This document shows positions 49,552 through 60,792 of a stretch of 64,000 bases of DNA, in pieces. The notes under the pieces were generated by a model. That model was not told the origin of the DNA. It ran no database searches and worked only from the letters and a program-made list of their open reading frames with translations. Where the stretch lies: NCBI GenBank assembly GCA_010093705.1, contig MU006092.1:192623-256622 (forward strand), given 5' to 3'. Within the stretch, counting starts at the first letter, position 1. Every line of letters begins with the position of its first letter. A program made the translations under genes and the position numbers. The stretch is from Patellaria atrata CBS 101060. Lineage: Eukaryota.

Positions 49552-52500
49552 CTATGACGTATCCATAGGTTCGCCCTGCGCCTCCACCTGCGCAGCAGCA
49601 GCTCTCTTCATCCTCGCCCCCCTCTTTTCCGCCCTGAACTTTTCAATCCTCTCCTTCAACTCCGTCGCCGAGATGACCTGGTCAATCGTCATGGGGACCC
49701 TGTTGAACGGATCTGTCGGATCGGACAACAAATGGCTTCTGATCGTACTGCGATCCACAACCTGCTTACTCGTCGGCAAGATGACCGGATCCACCATGAA
49801 GGTCGCCATGAGGGGATCGAGAAACTCGTCAGGGGCATCCTCGACGTCTTCTTCCTCTTGGTCTTCCGCTTCTTTGGCGGCTTGGATCACGGCTGCGAGA
49901 CGTTGCCATTGGTCGATTTCTTCGGGGGACTTGAGGGCGTGCTTCTTGAGGATGCTGGTTGCTTTTTCGAAGTTGGACGCTTTGTAGGAGCGCCCGTCAC
50001 GAGCGACGGCAAGATGGAAATTTGGCTTCTCTCGTAGATTGATGTACACATCGATGATCTCCGTGAGCATCAGTTTTGGATTCCAACCGAACTCCTGCGG
50101 GTTCTCGACCTTGAGACTCGCTTGCTTGGGCCCGACAAGAGCCTCGAGGTTGTAGTCCAACATGTCTGCGAGCCGCTGGACAATCTCAGGCATGGTGAAA
50201 GAGTCCGCAAGTGCTTCAGTGAATAGCTTGAGGGTCGCCACGGTCTCATTAGTGAGTTGCATGTAACCCTTTGCTTTGCTCTTCGCCGCAGCGAGAGCTT
50301 CTTCTTTTTCTTGACGCACAGTAGTATCCATATCATTATTTTGGTTCGCGAGTTCCTTTGACAAATCGTGAATCGAGGCGAATGCAGTGAAGGACTCGTC
50401 GAGAACGAATGTGACATCGTTCAGGAGCAAATTAACGAAGCGGATGAAGAACTCTTGATTTTCTTTAGCCTCCATCGCTAGGTTCTCTCTATACACTGTG
50501 TTCGGCCAGATGCATTTGATCACTTGAAAGATCTCGTATCTAATGTTGAATTTGTCAAAGAACTGAGTATGAGTTCCGGTGTTTTCGGCTTCAATGTAGA
50601 AATTCATCAAAGCATGTAGTAAATGCTTGTTGGCAAAAGGATTACCAAACAACACATCTCCAAGAACTCCTTTGGACCTACCGTAAATCGGCCAAACTCC
50701 ATGGAAGAGAATAGTTACCAATCCGGACTTAAGGTAGGGATTCTTGATGTAGGTCGAGCTTCTCAGAAAAACGATGCAGATCATGACAAGCTCCTCACAC
50801 TGTGTTGATGTAAGAATACTCGGCATGTTTCGTGTGATGAATTTGAAGTTATCCACGATGTCCTCGAGGAAGTATTCCGGAAGGCACTTGAACACTTCCG
50901 GTTGCTCTGCCGGTAGTGGTAATTGGATCTTGGGATTCGGCCAGGTTGCGCCCCGTGAAACGAGCCGGAGTAGCCAGACTATAACATATCTCATGAACTG
51001 CATAGAGCGGGCTTGAGTAAGTTCGTCCAAGAGCACGCCCTGAATAGCTAGAACTGAGCATTGAGCTCTTTCCGCATGGTCTTTATATTTCTTCACCGCG
51101 TTCTCAAATATGGAGAGCGATCTCGGGTTATGAGCGTAATTATGCCTCTCCGTCTCCATCTTTTCAATCTGCTTCTCGAGGTTCTTGACTTCCCGTTGAA
51201 GCTGCGTAAGCCTTGTGTTGGCCGCTTCAGTACCATAGTGATGAGCAGCTACTGTAAGGAAGAAGACCTCTGAAATGAAGTTCGAGCTTCCCCCAACCTT
51301 TTGAGCATAGAACCGATCGGATGTATTCTGATCCGCGTTGATTTTGGTCTCGTCTTGAATAGTGATACGAGGGTTGCGTCTCAGGTAATCAGCGTCGATC
51401 CGATCGATTTTCGAGAAAGTAGCGTCCATGAATGGTTCGCAAAGTCGATCTAGAGCGACTGTAATATTCACCATGAAACCGTCTGTAGAGACGGCTCGTC
51501 GATCGACTTGCATGGCTCGGCGTTTGTGGTTCTCGTTCACGGCTAATGCGAACCAGTCCAAGATTTTATCCCGGCTTCCTTTTGATCTGACGAAGCTGTT
51601 TGCAATATCGAACAGCTCATCTTGGTGGGTTTGAAGCGTCATACGAAGCGCCTTCTGGGCATTCGCAATGTACGCCTTATCCCGGGTTTTGGGACTTGAG
51701 AAATAAGTCATCGCAACCTCACCTTGCATAGGCGATAATCGGAAAAATGGTCCTAGGAAAGTATCAAGCTCAACTCGATGAGCTACTACATCAGATGGAA
51801 GGAACCTGGGTGACTGCGCCAGAGCATTGACTAAGACAGGATAGCGGATAAAGTTACGTAAGGCCTTTTGAATGTTAGCAATTTAAAGGGGTTACGTTGC
51901 GGAAGTGCCTACAAGCATGTGTTCTTTGTAATCGTCATTCATAGATTTCTTCCCCAACTGTTTACTCAGATCTTCCATAGCACTGACTAGAGCGTCTTTA
52001 ATCGATTCATCCTCATCAAATCTTGATACAGCCTCTGAAAGGAAATCGTGGCAAATCCCCGAGTCACTCTCAGGATCGCAAAGAAGGTGTTTAGTCATGG
52101 GATTCTCTGCCGGAGTTTCATTACCGAACATGTCTGGCATCGTAACTGCGAAGATGCAATAGCTCATCGTCACCCTACGCACTTCTCTCAGGATGTTGTA
52201 CTTGGGATCGCTTGTGTCGCCACTCCGCAAACTCCTAAACAGCTTAGAGACACGTTTCCAACACGCTAAAAGGTAATCCAAAGTTTCAACCCCTTGTATA
52301 TTTGAGCCAACCTCGATAATGACTTGGTCTAGTATCTGAGTGCTTAGACGTATGGGCGCTTCCTCGGATTCAAGGTCCGATTTGACGCTGCTAGCAAAGT
52401 AGAGAGAGTTTCCATGAGCATCATGGTGGTATTCCGGTCTGAGGGAGACGCGAAAGATACTACTTAGGGTCTTGTCCTCCCATGCTTCTATCGTCTCCTT

Positions 52501-52886
52501 CGAGGCAGTCTTCCGGGGCCGTGGGCGTTCCTCATCGTCACTATCTCGTTTCTGCGGCACAGAAGCGAGGGGTTTGATGGTTATACGCGGTGCGGACTGA
52601 ATTTGTTGCTCCGTATGTTCGAGTGGCGACCGTGTAGTCACAGGTGAGCCTGTCGCCGATTTGGGGACGGACGAGGAGTTATCGACAGCTGGGGATGCAG
52701 GAAGTGGGGTTACGGATGGTGATGCTTGAGCTGAACTAGCTTCACTACCTGTAGGAGTAGATGAAGAACCTCCAAGTTTGGCTAAACGTTTGTTGCGAAT
52801 CTGGAGATTTATTTAGTACGAATGTAGTCGGTGTGGAGCTGATATTCCAAGCATACCTTTTCCGCATCTGAAATCGTGTCGGCCAT
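49552..52886 (-). CDS. UFD2: Ubiquitin conjugation factor E4 (U-box). Exons 52886-52857, 52800-51913 and 51864-49552.
   Basis: MADTISDAEK|IRNKRLAKLG N-terminus, Ufd2 core (LPEYFLEDIVD, YIKNPYLKSGLV, QFFDKFNIRYEI) and the U-box PDEFLDPLM..VDRSTIRSHLLSDPTDPFNR. Confidence 0.96.
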
Positions 52887-54101
52887 CTTGAAGTGGTATG
52901 AGGTACAGGATGGTAAGTAAAAGACGAGTTAGAGATTAAACCCGAATTAAAAATTAAGAAAAAGTAAGGGTGGGAGATTGTAAGGTAGAACTTGTATTGC
53001 TACCTAGGTACAAGTAGCTCGAGTTTGTGGTTGATAATGACGGTGGAGGTGGGTTCGCGGAGTCAGGCACCAGCTGGGGTGAATTTGGCGGGGCCCACCG
53101 GGGACCTGAGCGGGAAGCAAAAAGCCGATCTTGAACCGGATTGCTGGAAGTTTTTCCACTTCAAAATGTGTTGGAGTATTTACGGTAAACTCATTCAAAA
53201 CTTAAGTAATTCACACGAGATAGAGTACAGTAACATGAAGTTTCGTTGACCGGACCGATGGTAAATTATCCGTTAGCTTGCTTTCATTGTCTTGAAGTCG
53301 AACATTTAACCTGGTTCTCATTGCGCTGTGCTCCGTACTGTGTACTTGTACTGTGCTGTACTTTAACCTGGGCAACATCTATGTTGTGTCAAATAAGGCA
53401 CCGTTACGATCATTTATCTCCCACTTCTGTCTCTAATACTGTCCCGTAGTCCAAGAGCTGCTTATATCTAGAAGCTTTCGCGTCTACCCGGATTATGCTT
53501 CTCCAACTCTACTCTCTTTACTACCGTACCATCATTAGACTGAGGAAATCAGAAGGGCATAAGCACAGGATACAAGGCGATGATATTATCTAAAGATGGG
53601 TCGACGGGTTATGTTGAAAATGACCATGATGATCTCTGAATGGTCTTCTGCTAAATACTGATCAAGAGGGTATCTCCAGGACCATGGACCATAAATAAGT
53701 TGTGTCTTTTGTCGGGTAGGATAGCGATTTTGGAAATGACAGAGGTCCGACATCCCTACAGCGCCTGAGATCTTGCTCCTTACCTCTCCTCATATCGCAA
53801 AACACTTCGCTATCCCTCGCATCTTGATAGCTTCCGGTCAAGGGAATATGAATTTTTGCGGTTCCGGAAAATATATCCTTGTTGCTTTTGGGTATCTGTA
53901 TAGTAGTCGATATGGTGCGCAGTATACATAGCAATCCTCTAGAATCAGAGTTGGTTCTCATTCGATAATAATTCGCTGGAAGCTGTGTATTAACCCCAGG
54001 AGTTAACTCCCTTCGAATATCAAATCAGTAAATACCAAGACAGAACAACCCACCCATCATGTGATTATATCAAGAGAAGTGACGAAATTTAGGTTTCCCT
54101 T

Positions 54102-55314
54102 TTACTCCTTCGTGCTGCGTGTGCCAACACCGTCAGTGTGTTCACCATTACTCCGTGCCTCGGCAGCCTCCTTTTCCTTGGTAAATTGCTTATATAACTC
54201 TTGAATATCCGCTTTACCATCATTCTTCTCCGTGATGAGGTTCTTCAACCAGCGATTTTCCATTTCCAACTGACCTACTCTCGTTTCGAGGGTATGAACC
54301 TTTTCAGTCATCTCCTTCGCCGACTTTTCCAAAGCTTGCTCACGTTGCTTCTTCTTAACGCGGAAGCGTGCCGACGCCGCAGTGTTACGACGTCTCTTGT
54401 CTTCATCCGCAGCGAGCCTAGAAGCCTCCTCCATGGCCACATTTGAAGTTGGGGACAGTGCATCGAGTTTCCGCTTGTCGCCGGCGACGGAAGGCCGGGC
54501 GGAGATAGGAGAAGCGCTCACAGGGGAAGTGATGTTTTGGAACGCGTACTGGTTATGCTGACTCGATTGGAGGTTGGCACTTGTGCTATCGTGGCTAAGG
54601 TGGGGGTATGAGGAGAAATCAGGTACAGCAAAGTCGTCTGTCATGGATAACCATTAGCACATCGTTGTACGCGAGAAAATAAAAAGAGGACGCATGTGAT
54701 GGAGAAATAGTGTGGGGAGAATGAAGCTTGGGCAATCGCGACATCACGGGTAATGACGTGCTCGTGATATTCAGTCCCTCATTTGAGGGACAGCATGGGG
54801 ACACACATGCATCCAACCCCAGAACATGCAGCTCGAGATCCAACTGAGGGCGCCAACCATACGGTCGAGCTACTTCAAGCCGGTTGCCAGATCTTGCAAC
54901 TATCAAGGATGGACCAATCGCGGTAAACGCGCCCTCCTTGTTGAACCCGAACGGCTGGCCCTTGCCGTTTTGATACAAGGCCGCAATGAAAATGAGTGAA
55001 GAAGAAGGAGGTCCCGTTGGGGTAATTGAAAGGGAATTGGAAAGAAAAAACTTACTGTTTAGGACTGCGGAGTTGTGATTGCTGTGGAATGGAGCAGGTG
55101 GCAGACCATCTGGACCTTCACCACTGAATTCTCCAAGTTTGCTGAAATCCGTATCAATATTTTCAAAGTCGAAGAATTCCGTGTTGGTGAACATGGCCAG
55201 GTCGTTGTCGAGGAAATTCTGTTCCTGAGGGATCTCGTTCGTCGTTGGAATGGTGTTGAGGCCAGCTACGTATTGGGAGACGTTTGGTCCCCGACGTCCG
55301 TTGTAGACTGACAT
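54102..55314 (-). CDS. metR: bZIP sulfur-assimilation transcription activator (MetR/CYS-3/Zip1 type). Exons 55314-55056 and 54637-54102.
   Basis: N-terminal GRRGPNVSQYVAGLNTIP..DLAMFTNTEFFDF, and a bZIP EEASRLAADEDKRRRNTAASARFRVKKKQREQALE with leucine heptads. The phase-1 intron is GTAAGT...GCTAAT...CAG, 418 nt. Confidence 0.9.
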
Positions 55315-56690
55315 GGTGACGACGTTCTTGAGAATAGCAAGCTCAAGGAAGAGTTACGGTCTTTTTGAAGTTGGGGCTGCAATCCAATTAAGGATGCGAT
55401 GCGTGTTGCTGACTGCCTTAGTTTTGTCGTTTAGGTTGAGATGAGTGATAACTGCAGATTGAAGACGGCTACGACCGGAATAGAACGAAGCAGAAGATAG
55501 ATCTTCTGGCTTTGTATAGATCGTGACGACCCTTTACTGCGCCGTTGCGCCGTCAAAGAGTGGTTGTACAAAGGGGTTTTGACAGTTGAGAGGACAATGG
55601 ATGATGTGTATGAAGTTCGTTACAGTGGGGGATAGAAATGCCGTCGTGTGTGGACTGTACTGTAAAAGTACGTATTTCCCGAGGGGCCCGGCGCCAAAGA
55701 GGCTACCCCTCCGAATCAAATTCGAGATCGGTCCCTATTTAGGCGATGGTCAAAGGCGATCAAACGTCAGAAAATATTCCCCAATCTCACGCCGTCAACA
55801 ATAATGGGAACAAAGGATATGTTCAGGACGGACGGAGTAGATGAAGTCTTCAGAAAGCGCGGTGAAGTGCAAGCGGGGAAGAGAAGTTGGTGTATACTGG
55901 CTATAATGAAGTTCTGGAGGTCTGGGGCAGGCTGCAGATGTGGCTGGCCAATTTCTAATCAATCAGAGAACCTTTACGAGCCATGACCTGTCATTGACCC
56001 CAATAACTCGCGTTTCTGTTGAACTACCTTGTGCTGTACACTACATTCTCTGCGCCCTACGGTAAGAATGACATCCTGAAAACAAGTACGGTAGATACCA
56101 CCTTTGTACTGTACAGAGTAAACGCTTACTTCACGACGGCTACAGTAGTATCCGACAGCTTCGTAACTGCTTGAGACTGAGTAAATAAAAACTCATGAAA
56201 ACTCCGAAAGGTGTTCGCTCCACTCAGGCGGTCGAATCTCGGAGTAGCAAACTGTGTCTTAACTGCCCTTGTCATATGCCAAGCTTTTGGATATGGGTAT
56301 GTGCATCCAAAAAGGCATTCACCAACCTGGAGCGCGTCTCCCCTCTTTCAGAGCGGAAACTGAACTTTCACCACCTGATCCAAAAATCTCATATCGCACA
56401 TGAATCGGCGACATTTTTCGACGAGATCTCAGGTAATGAAATGAGTTCGTGATATTTATATTCTTAACCGTTTAGCAAATGACAAAAAGAATCTCGAGCT
56501 TTTGGAAAATATATTAAGGAACGTTTTCATGTGCAAGACTTCGGATTTAAGATCGGCTCTTCGATCGGATGTGCGGTCCGCAAGAGGCAAGTGTAAGCTG
56601 ATCCGTGAAGCATAGTCTGTTAGTCAGCACCGTTTGCTTTGTTTGTTTTGAAATGCAACATCACTTCACAACAACGCCGATGGGAGGGAG

Positions 56691-56721
56691 ACGCGTGCTG
56701 AATGACGCAAAAAGTCGCGTC
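56691..56721. promoter_or_regulatory. MCB-like (MBF) elements upstream of CHL4
   Basis: ACGCGT at 56691-56696 plus nearby ACGCAA and TCGCGT, 60-90 bp upstream of ATG 56782. Confidence 0.4.
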
Positions 56722-56781
56722 TAACACAGAGGAAACAAGTCCAAAACTCATGTGCAGTATAATTCGAACCATAAAAGAAGT

Positions 56782-58227
56782 ATGGCACCACGAACGCACC
56801 GTATTTCCGTGCCAACGACCGCGCATCTCCCTGATACTCACCGTCTCTCTCCGACCAGTTCAGAGGTGGTAAAAGCACTATCAAGGCTCACACGTCCCTC
56901 TCTAACCTCCATAACCCTCGAATGGCTTCAAGAAAGGAATATAGATCGGTGTAAACCATACCTTAGCTCGGATCCCGAATACAACGTGGAAGAAGAGGAT
57001 GATGCGCCGTACTCCGCAGCACAAAGCATCGAAGAGCTCAGGGAATCATGGACGGAACTAAAGACGCAAAAAGGCGGTAAGAGAGAAGTGGTTGACAGGA
57101 TACTACAAGGCGACTGGCGACGAGGTATCACACTATACCAGCTCGCAATGGTCGATTCACAGCATCTCCTCCACCACCCCAACTCGTTACGCTGGGCCGC
57201 CTTGCGCCTAGCCAAAATTACCAGCACATCCAAAGAAATCCTTCACGATACCGACTCCAACCCTCTTCCCCGCTTCAACGGGAAAGTCTTCCTCCGTAAC
57301 ATGGCCCGCGAAATCGCCCCGGTCACAAAAGCACACTTCTACATAACACGCTTGAAATCTCTCCCGCTGACGCTTCTTCGGATCCACCTGCACGACTCTC
57401 CCTACAATACTCAATCCTCGCTGCGGACCAAAACTACCCCCTCATCAAGCTCAACAGCAATCTTCATCGCCTTCCCCGACGGCTCTCCCCACGTCTACGT
57501 CTCCCTCGCGGCCTCCGCAGCCGGCGGGGATGGTCGAAGTCTGCGCAAAGTCGTCATCGAAGCGATTCCAAAGGCGCTCTCTCAGCCGCAGGCGCGGTAT
57601 ACATTATACCCGACCTCACTGAGCGCACGTTCGCTACAAGCCCTTCTCGCGCTCCGCGGGCCGGGGAGGAGCAGTGCGGCACAAGGAGGCTGGAGCATCT
57701 TTGCAGACAACAGTTTCGAGGGTGATGCGCTGGATTATCGGATACCTGCGCTGAAACCCCCACAGGAAAGTTTAACCAAAGATGTAGATCCAGAGGAGGA
57801 CAAAGAGAACACAAACTCAGCAGATCCGAAAGCGAATCAGAAGCGGGCACGTGGTCTGAACGGTAGCGAGGACCCTAGCGTTCAAAAACGGAGGAAATTG
57901 GTTGCGGCTGCGCGTTTCGGGACATCTGCACTCGCTGACGACGGTAAAGGCCTTGATCGGCTTGACGTTAGGATAGAAGATCCCTTCGATCCTGATATCG
58001 GTATTCCGCTTCCCGGAGACGTCGAAGGCGACGAGTGGAAACCCGACGTCCGTCTCTCGTTCCACGGCGCGCACGTCTTTGCTGGTATCAGGAAGCTAGT
58101 GGAGGCAGGGGTCGTGGACGGCGAAAAGATGCCCGGATGGATGACGGGCGAGGCAGGCGTGAGCGTTGGCGTTGTTAGAGACGGCCGGATCAAGGCGAGA
58201 GAGGGTAGAGAGGGTAAAGTATCTTAA
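56782..58227 (+). CDS. CHL4: Inner kinetochore protein CENP-N/Chl4/Mis15
   Basis: KREVVDRILQGDWRRGITLYQLAMVD, LSARSLQALLALRGPGRSSAAQGGWSIFA and VRLSFHGAHVFAGIRKLVEAGVVDGEKMPGWMTGE. Intronless. Confidence 0.9.
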   Translation: MAPRTHRISVPTTAHLPDTHRLSPTSSEVVKALSRLTRPSLTSITLEWLQERNIDRCKPYLSSDPEYNVEEEDDAPYSAAQSIEELRESWTELKTQKGGKREVVDRILQGDWRRGITLYQLAMVDSQHLLHHPNSLRWAALRLAKITSTSKEILHDTDSNPLPRFNGKVFLRNMAREIAPVTKAHFYITRLKSLPLTLLRIHLHDSPYNTQSSLRTKTTPSSSSTAIFIAFPDGSPHVYVSLAASAAGGDGRSLRKVVIEAIPKALSQPQARYTLYPTSLSARSLQALLALRGPGRSSAAQGGWSIFADNSFEGDALDYRIPALKPPQESLTKDVDPEEDKENTNSADPKANQKRARGLNGSEDPSVQKRRKLVAAARFGTSALADDGKGLDRLDVRIEDPFDPDIGIPLPGDVEGDEWKPDVRLSFHGAHVFAGIRKLVEAGVVDGEKMPGWMTGEAGVSVGVVRDGRIKAREGREGKVS

Positions 58228-58652
58228 AGGGTTCGGGATGTAGGGAGGGGAACTGGATAGGGTTGGTTGGCTGTGTTTGGCGTTTGGACCCGGGGAATGA
58301 TAGGGTCGGTTATACCCTAGGCCGTGGATCGGATGGAGATGTGGTCGGGTGTATCGTAACTTAGTTAAGGGTTGGAAATAGCATCTTTGTATAAAGCGAT
58401 GGATGAAACACCGCACTTACGCTCACATTGACTTTGCCCATGTGCGTGATTTCCACGATAAGACGCTCTCATTTACTTTCCCCCACGTGCTCATTTTCCA
58501 CGATAAGATACGCCAGCCTCTATTTCAGTGAGGAGTTCAGACGGTAGGTTGTAATCTCACTCACCTCTCAACAGCACACTATATTATTACGTCCCCGATC
58601 ACTGAACTCAACCTGCGCCTTATATACAATCGATACCCGACAGATTTATCAT

Positions 58653-58788
58653 TGGCAGCTTGGCTGAGTGGTGAGGTAATAGCTTGGAATCTCCTTTGTC
58701 GCTGGTCAATATCCTATGTCCTGGGTTCGAGACTCGCCCAGCGAAGCTGCCAGATGTTAATAACACTTATCAAACCACCTGTATTTTT
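58653..58788 (+). ncRNA. Putative RNA polymerase III transcript, tRNA-related but not a canonical cloverleaf (panhandle RNA, tRNA pseudogene or SINE-like head)
   Basis: TATATA at 58621, box A TGGCTGAGTGG at 58661-58671 and box B GGTTCGAGAC at 58724-58733. The terminal stem is TGGCAGCTT/AAGCTGCCA, with T5 at 58784-58788 followed by a long T-rich tract. Confidence 0.65.
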
Positions 58789-59317
58789 GCAATTTTTTTT
58801 TTATTTTTGTTTAATTTCTTGAATCTTTTTTTCGTTATTTTTTATTGTCTATACTAACTCCGCTTACACAACAAGACCTGCAGGCCCAGTGAAGAGGATA
58901 GACAGGAGTGAGAGGAGATTGGTGGTTTGAAGGGGGAGAGGTTGAAGAACGAATCTTAAGCGGGTAAAATGATAGGGATGACAAAGTCGACGGAAATCAC
59001 ATAAGGACTATTAATAATGTGATATAGAAATGGAGTAAGTCCCCTGCTTCTTGCATGTGGCTTCACAACCCAACCAAACTTGACAGTGGAAAATGTGCTC
59101 TCAAACGTGTAGACGTGAGTGCAAAGAATTTTGGGCAAACCTTACTATTCAAGACACTAGGGTTTTCAGATATATTCCCTTGAACCCGTATGTTCTATAA
59201 TGAACACAAGGATATCCAATACACCGTCGGACACATGTTAAAGGGGATCATATATGGCACATAACATCGAACCCGTATATCCTGACCTCACACCCATCCA
59301 CCTCCTCGTGACATTCT

Positions 59318-60792
59318 CTACCTCATCCCGTCACTCTCCACATCCTCAGCTTCGCTCCCCAGCTCCTTCTCCAGCAGATCCCCTTCCTCTTCATCCTCAT
59401 CATCATCCTCCTCGACATCCTCCATCTCCTCCCCGCGATCCTCATCCCCACTACTCTCGCTCGGACTCCCGCCATCACTCTCATCATCGGGTTGATAATC
59501 CTCTTCTTCCTCGTCTTCTTCATCTTGTAACATCCGTTCCGCTTTCTGCAACTCCCCTTCGCCGTCTTCATCTTCGGCCGCTTGTTCTTCTTCACCCTTG
59601 GGCGCGTTGACGTTGTATTTCTTCGCCTTCCGTGTCGCGGCCAGCGAGGCATCGTTGAGTCTGCGTTGCTTGACGTAAGAGTCGATGCCAGCGTAGTCTA
59701 TCTGGTCTATCATCGAAAACTCGATATCCTGCTCTGGCTCCTGTATGGAGATGACAAGGTTGAACGTCCGTTGCAATATGGAAGTATATGAAACTGAAGA
59801 TATTGATTCGGGAGGGAAGAACGCTAATGGCTTCTTAAATCCGAAAAGGATCCCGCTCGATAAGAAGAAAAGATATCCCTCCTTACTTCCCCTGAATGCT
59901 TTCACATGGAACGCCTTTTCTCCTTTCCTGTGGGATTGCGGGATGGCCGATGCGAAGTCGGACGCGGAGGGGAATATCACTTCCTTTCCGAAGTTGTGGA
60001 GGTGGTTGTTTAATGCTTGGCCGACTTTGGCTGGACTGGGGTCTTCACCCTCTTTCAGAGCTTTGCCGCTGGGTTCGTCGTAGGTCCAGACGATGGGTTC
60101 GGGTGCCGAGGAGTCTGCAGGGGGAGGCGTTATGCCATCGCCCCCACGGGGGATTATTACGAAGTTGTGTTGGCGTTTTGCTTTCTCGGGTACGGGAAGG
60201 CAGAAGACTTGGTCTATATAGAGCCACATCAGCATTAAGGATCCATATCACGTAGAGATAAGTTTGAGAGATAGGTGTACGCACCGATATCTTTCCAACT
60301 GACGCCGAACTCAATCTCCCCGCTACTACTTTGTGCTCTGAGACCTCCTCCTTTTCCACCTATGAGCTGGAGGTGCAGCTTCTTGCGTTGCGGCATAGAG
60401 AAACTGGCATCGGGTACTGAGTATGTTGCTGCGGCAGATTGTACTCGCCATGCTTCTGAGCTTGAACCGTTCGTTGCGGTTCCGTTGTCGAGTTTTCGCT
60501 TCTTGGAGGCGGGCGCGTCGTGCGAGGGGAGAGCGATGGAGGTGGAGGATCGTTTGATGCCGATTATATGGGTAGAGATGTCGGTGAGGAGCGGGGTAAT
60601 GGGATATTTAGCTATAAGCTATTAGTACTTCTATATACTTAGATCATGCATGGATCGCTACAAAGTGTTGTGCGTGTAAAATCTGAGTATTGTAGAGGTA
60701 TACTTGCCTATTGCGCCCTGTATCTGTTTCTGTAGATCGGGACGATCTGAGAACGCGTCCGAGATCTCCACCGGCAGTTTCAAAGACGACAT
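59318..60792 (-). CDS. RTT106: Histone chaperone Rtt106 (double PH domain, acidic tail). Exons 60792-60708, 60611-60285 and 60213-59318.
   Basis: DASFSMPQRKKLHL, DQVFCLPVPEKAKRQHNF, FHVKAFRGSKEGYLFFL..GILFGFKKPL and SYTSILQRTFNL..EFSMIDQIDYAGIDSYV, followed by a D/E-rich C-terminus. Confidence 0.93.

Noticed and set aside
47396..55314. HLJ1-UFD2 adjacency as an ERAD gene cluster, and ecl1/metR co-location as a sulfur cluster
   Set aside because: HLJ1 and UFD2 are convergent with no shared promoter, and ecl1 and metR are ~38 kb apart. There is no evidence beyond proximity.
58654..58752. Canonical tRNA-Ser(GGA), tRNA-Pro(TGG) or tRNA-Sec
   Set aside because: The anticodon and T arms do not form with normal geometry, extra bases lie before the acceptor 3' strand, and no UCA anticodon loop or long variable arm is present. 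It is kept only as a tRNA-related ncRNA candidate.
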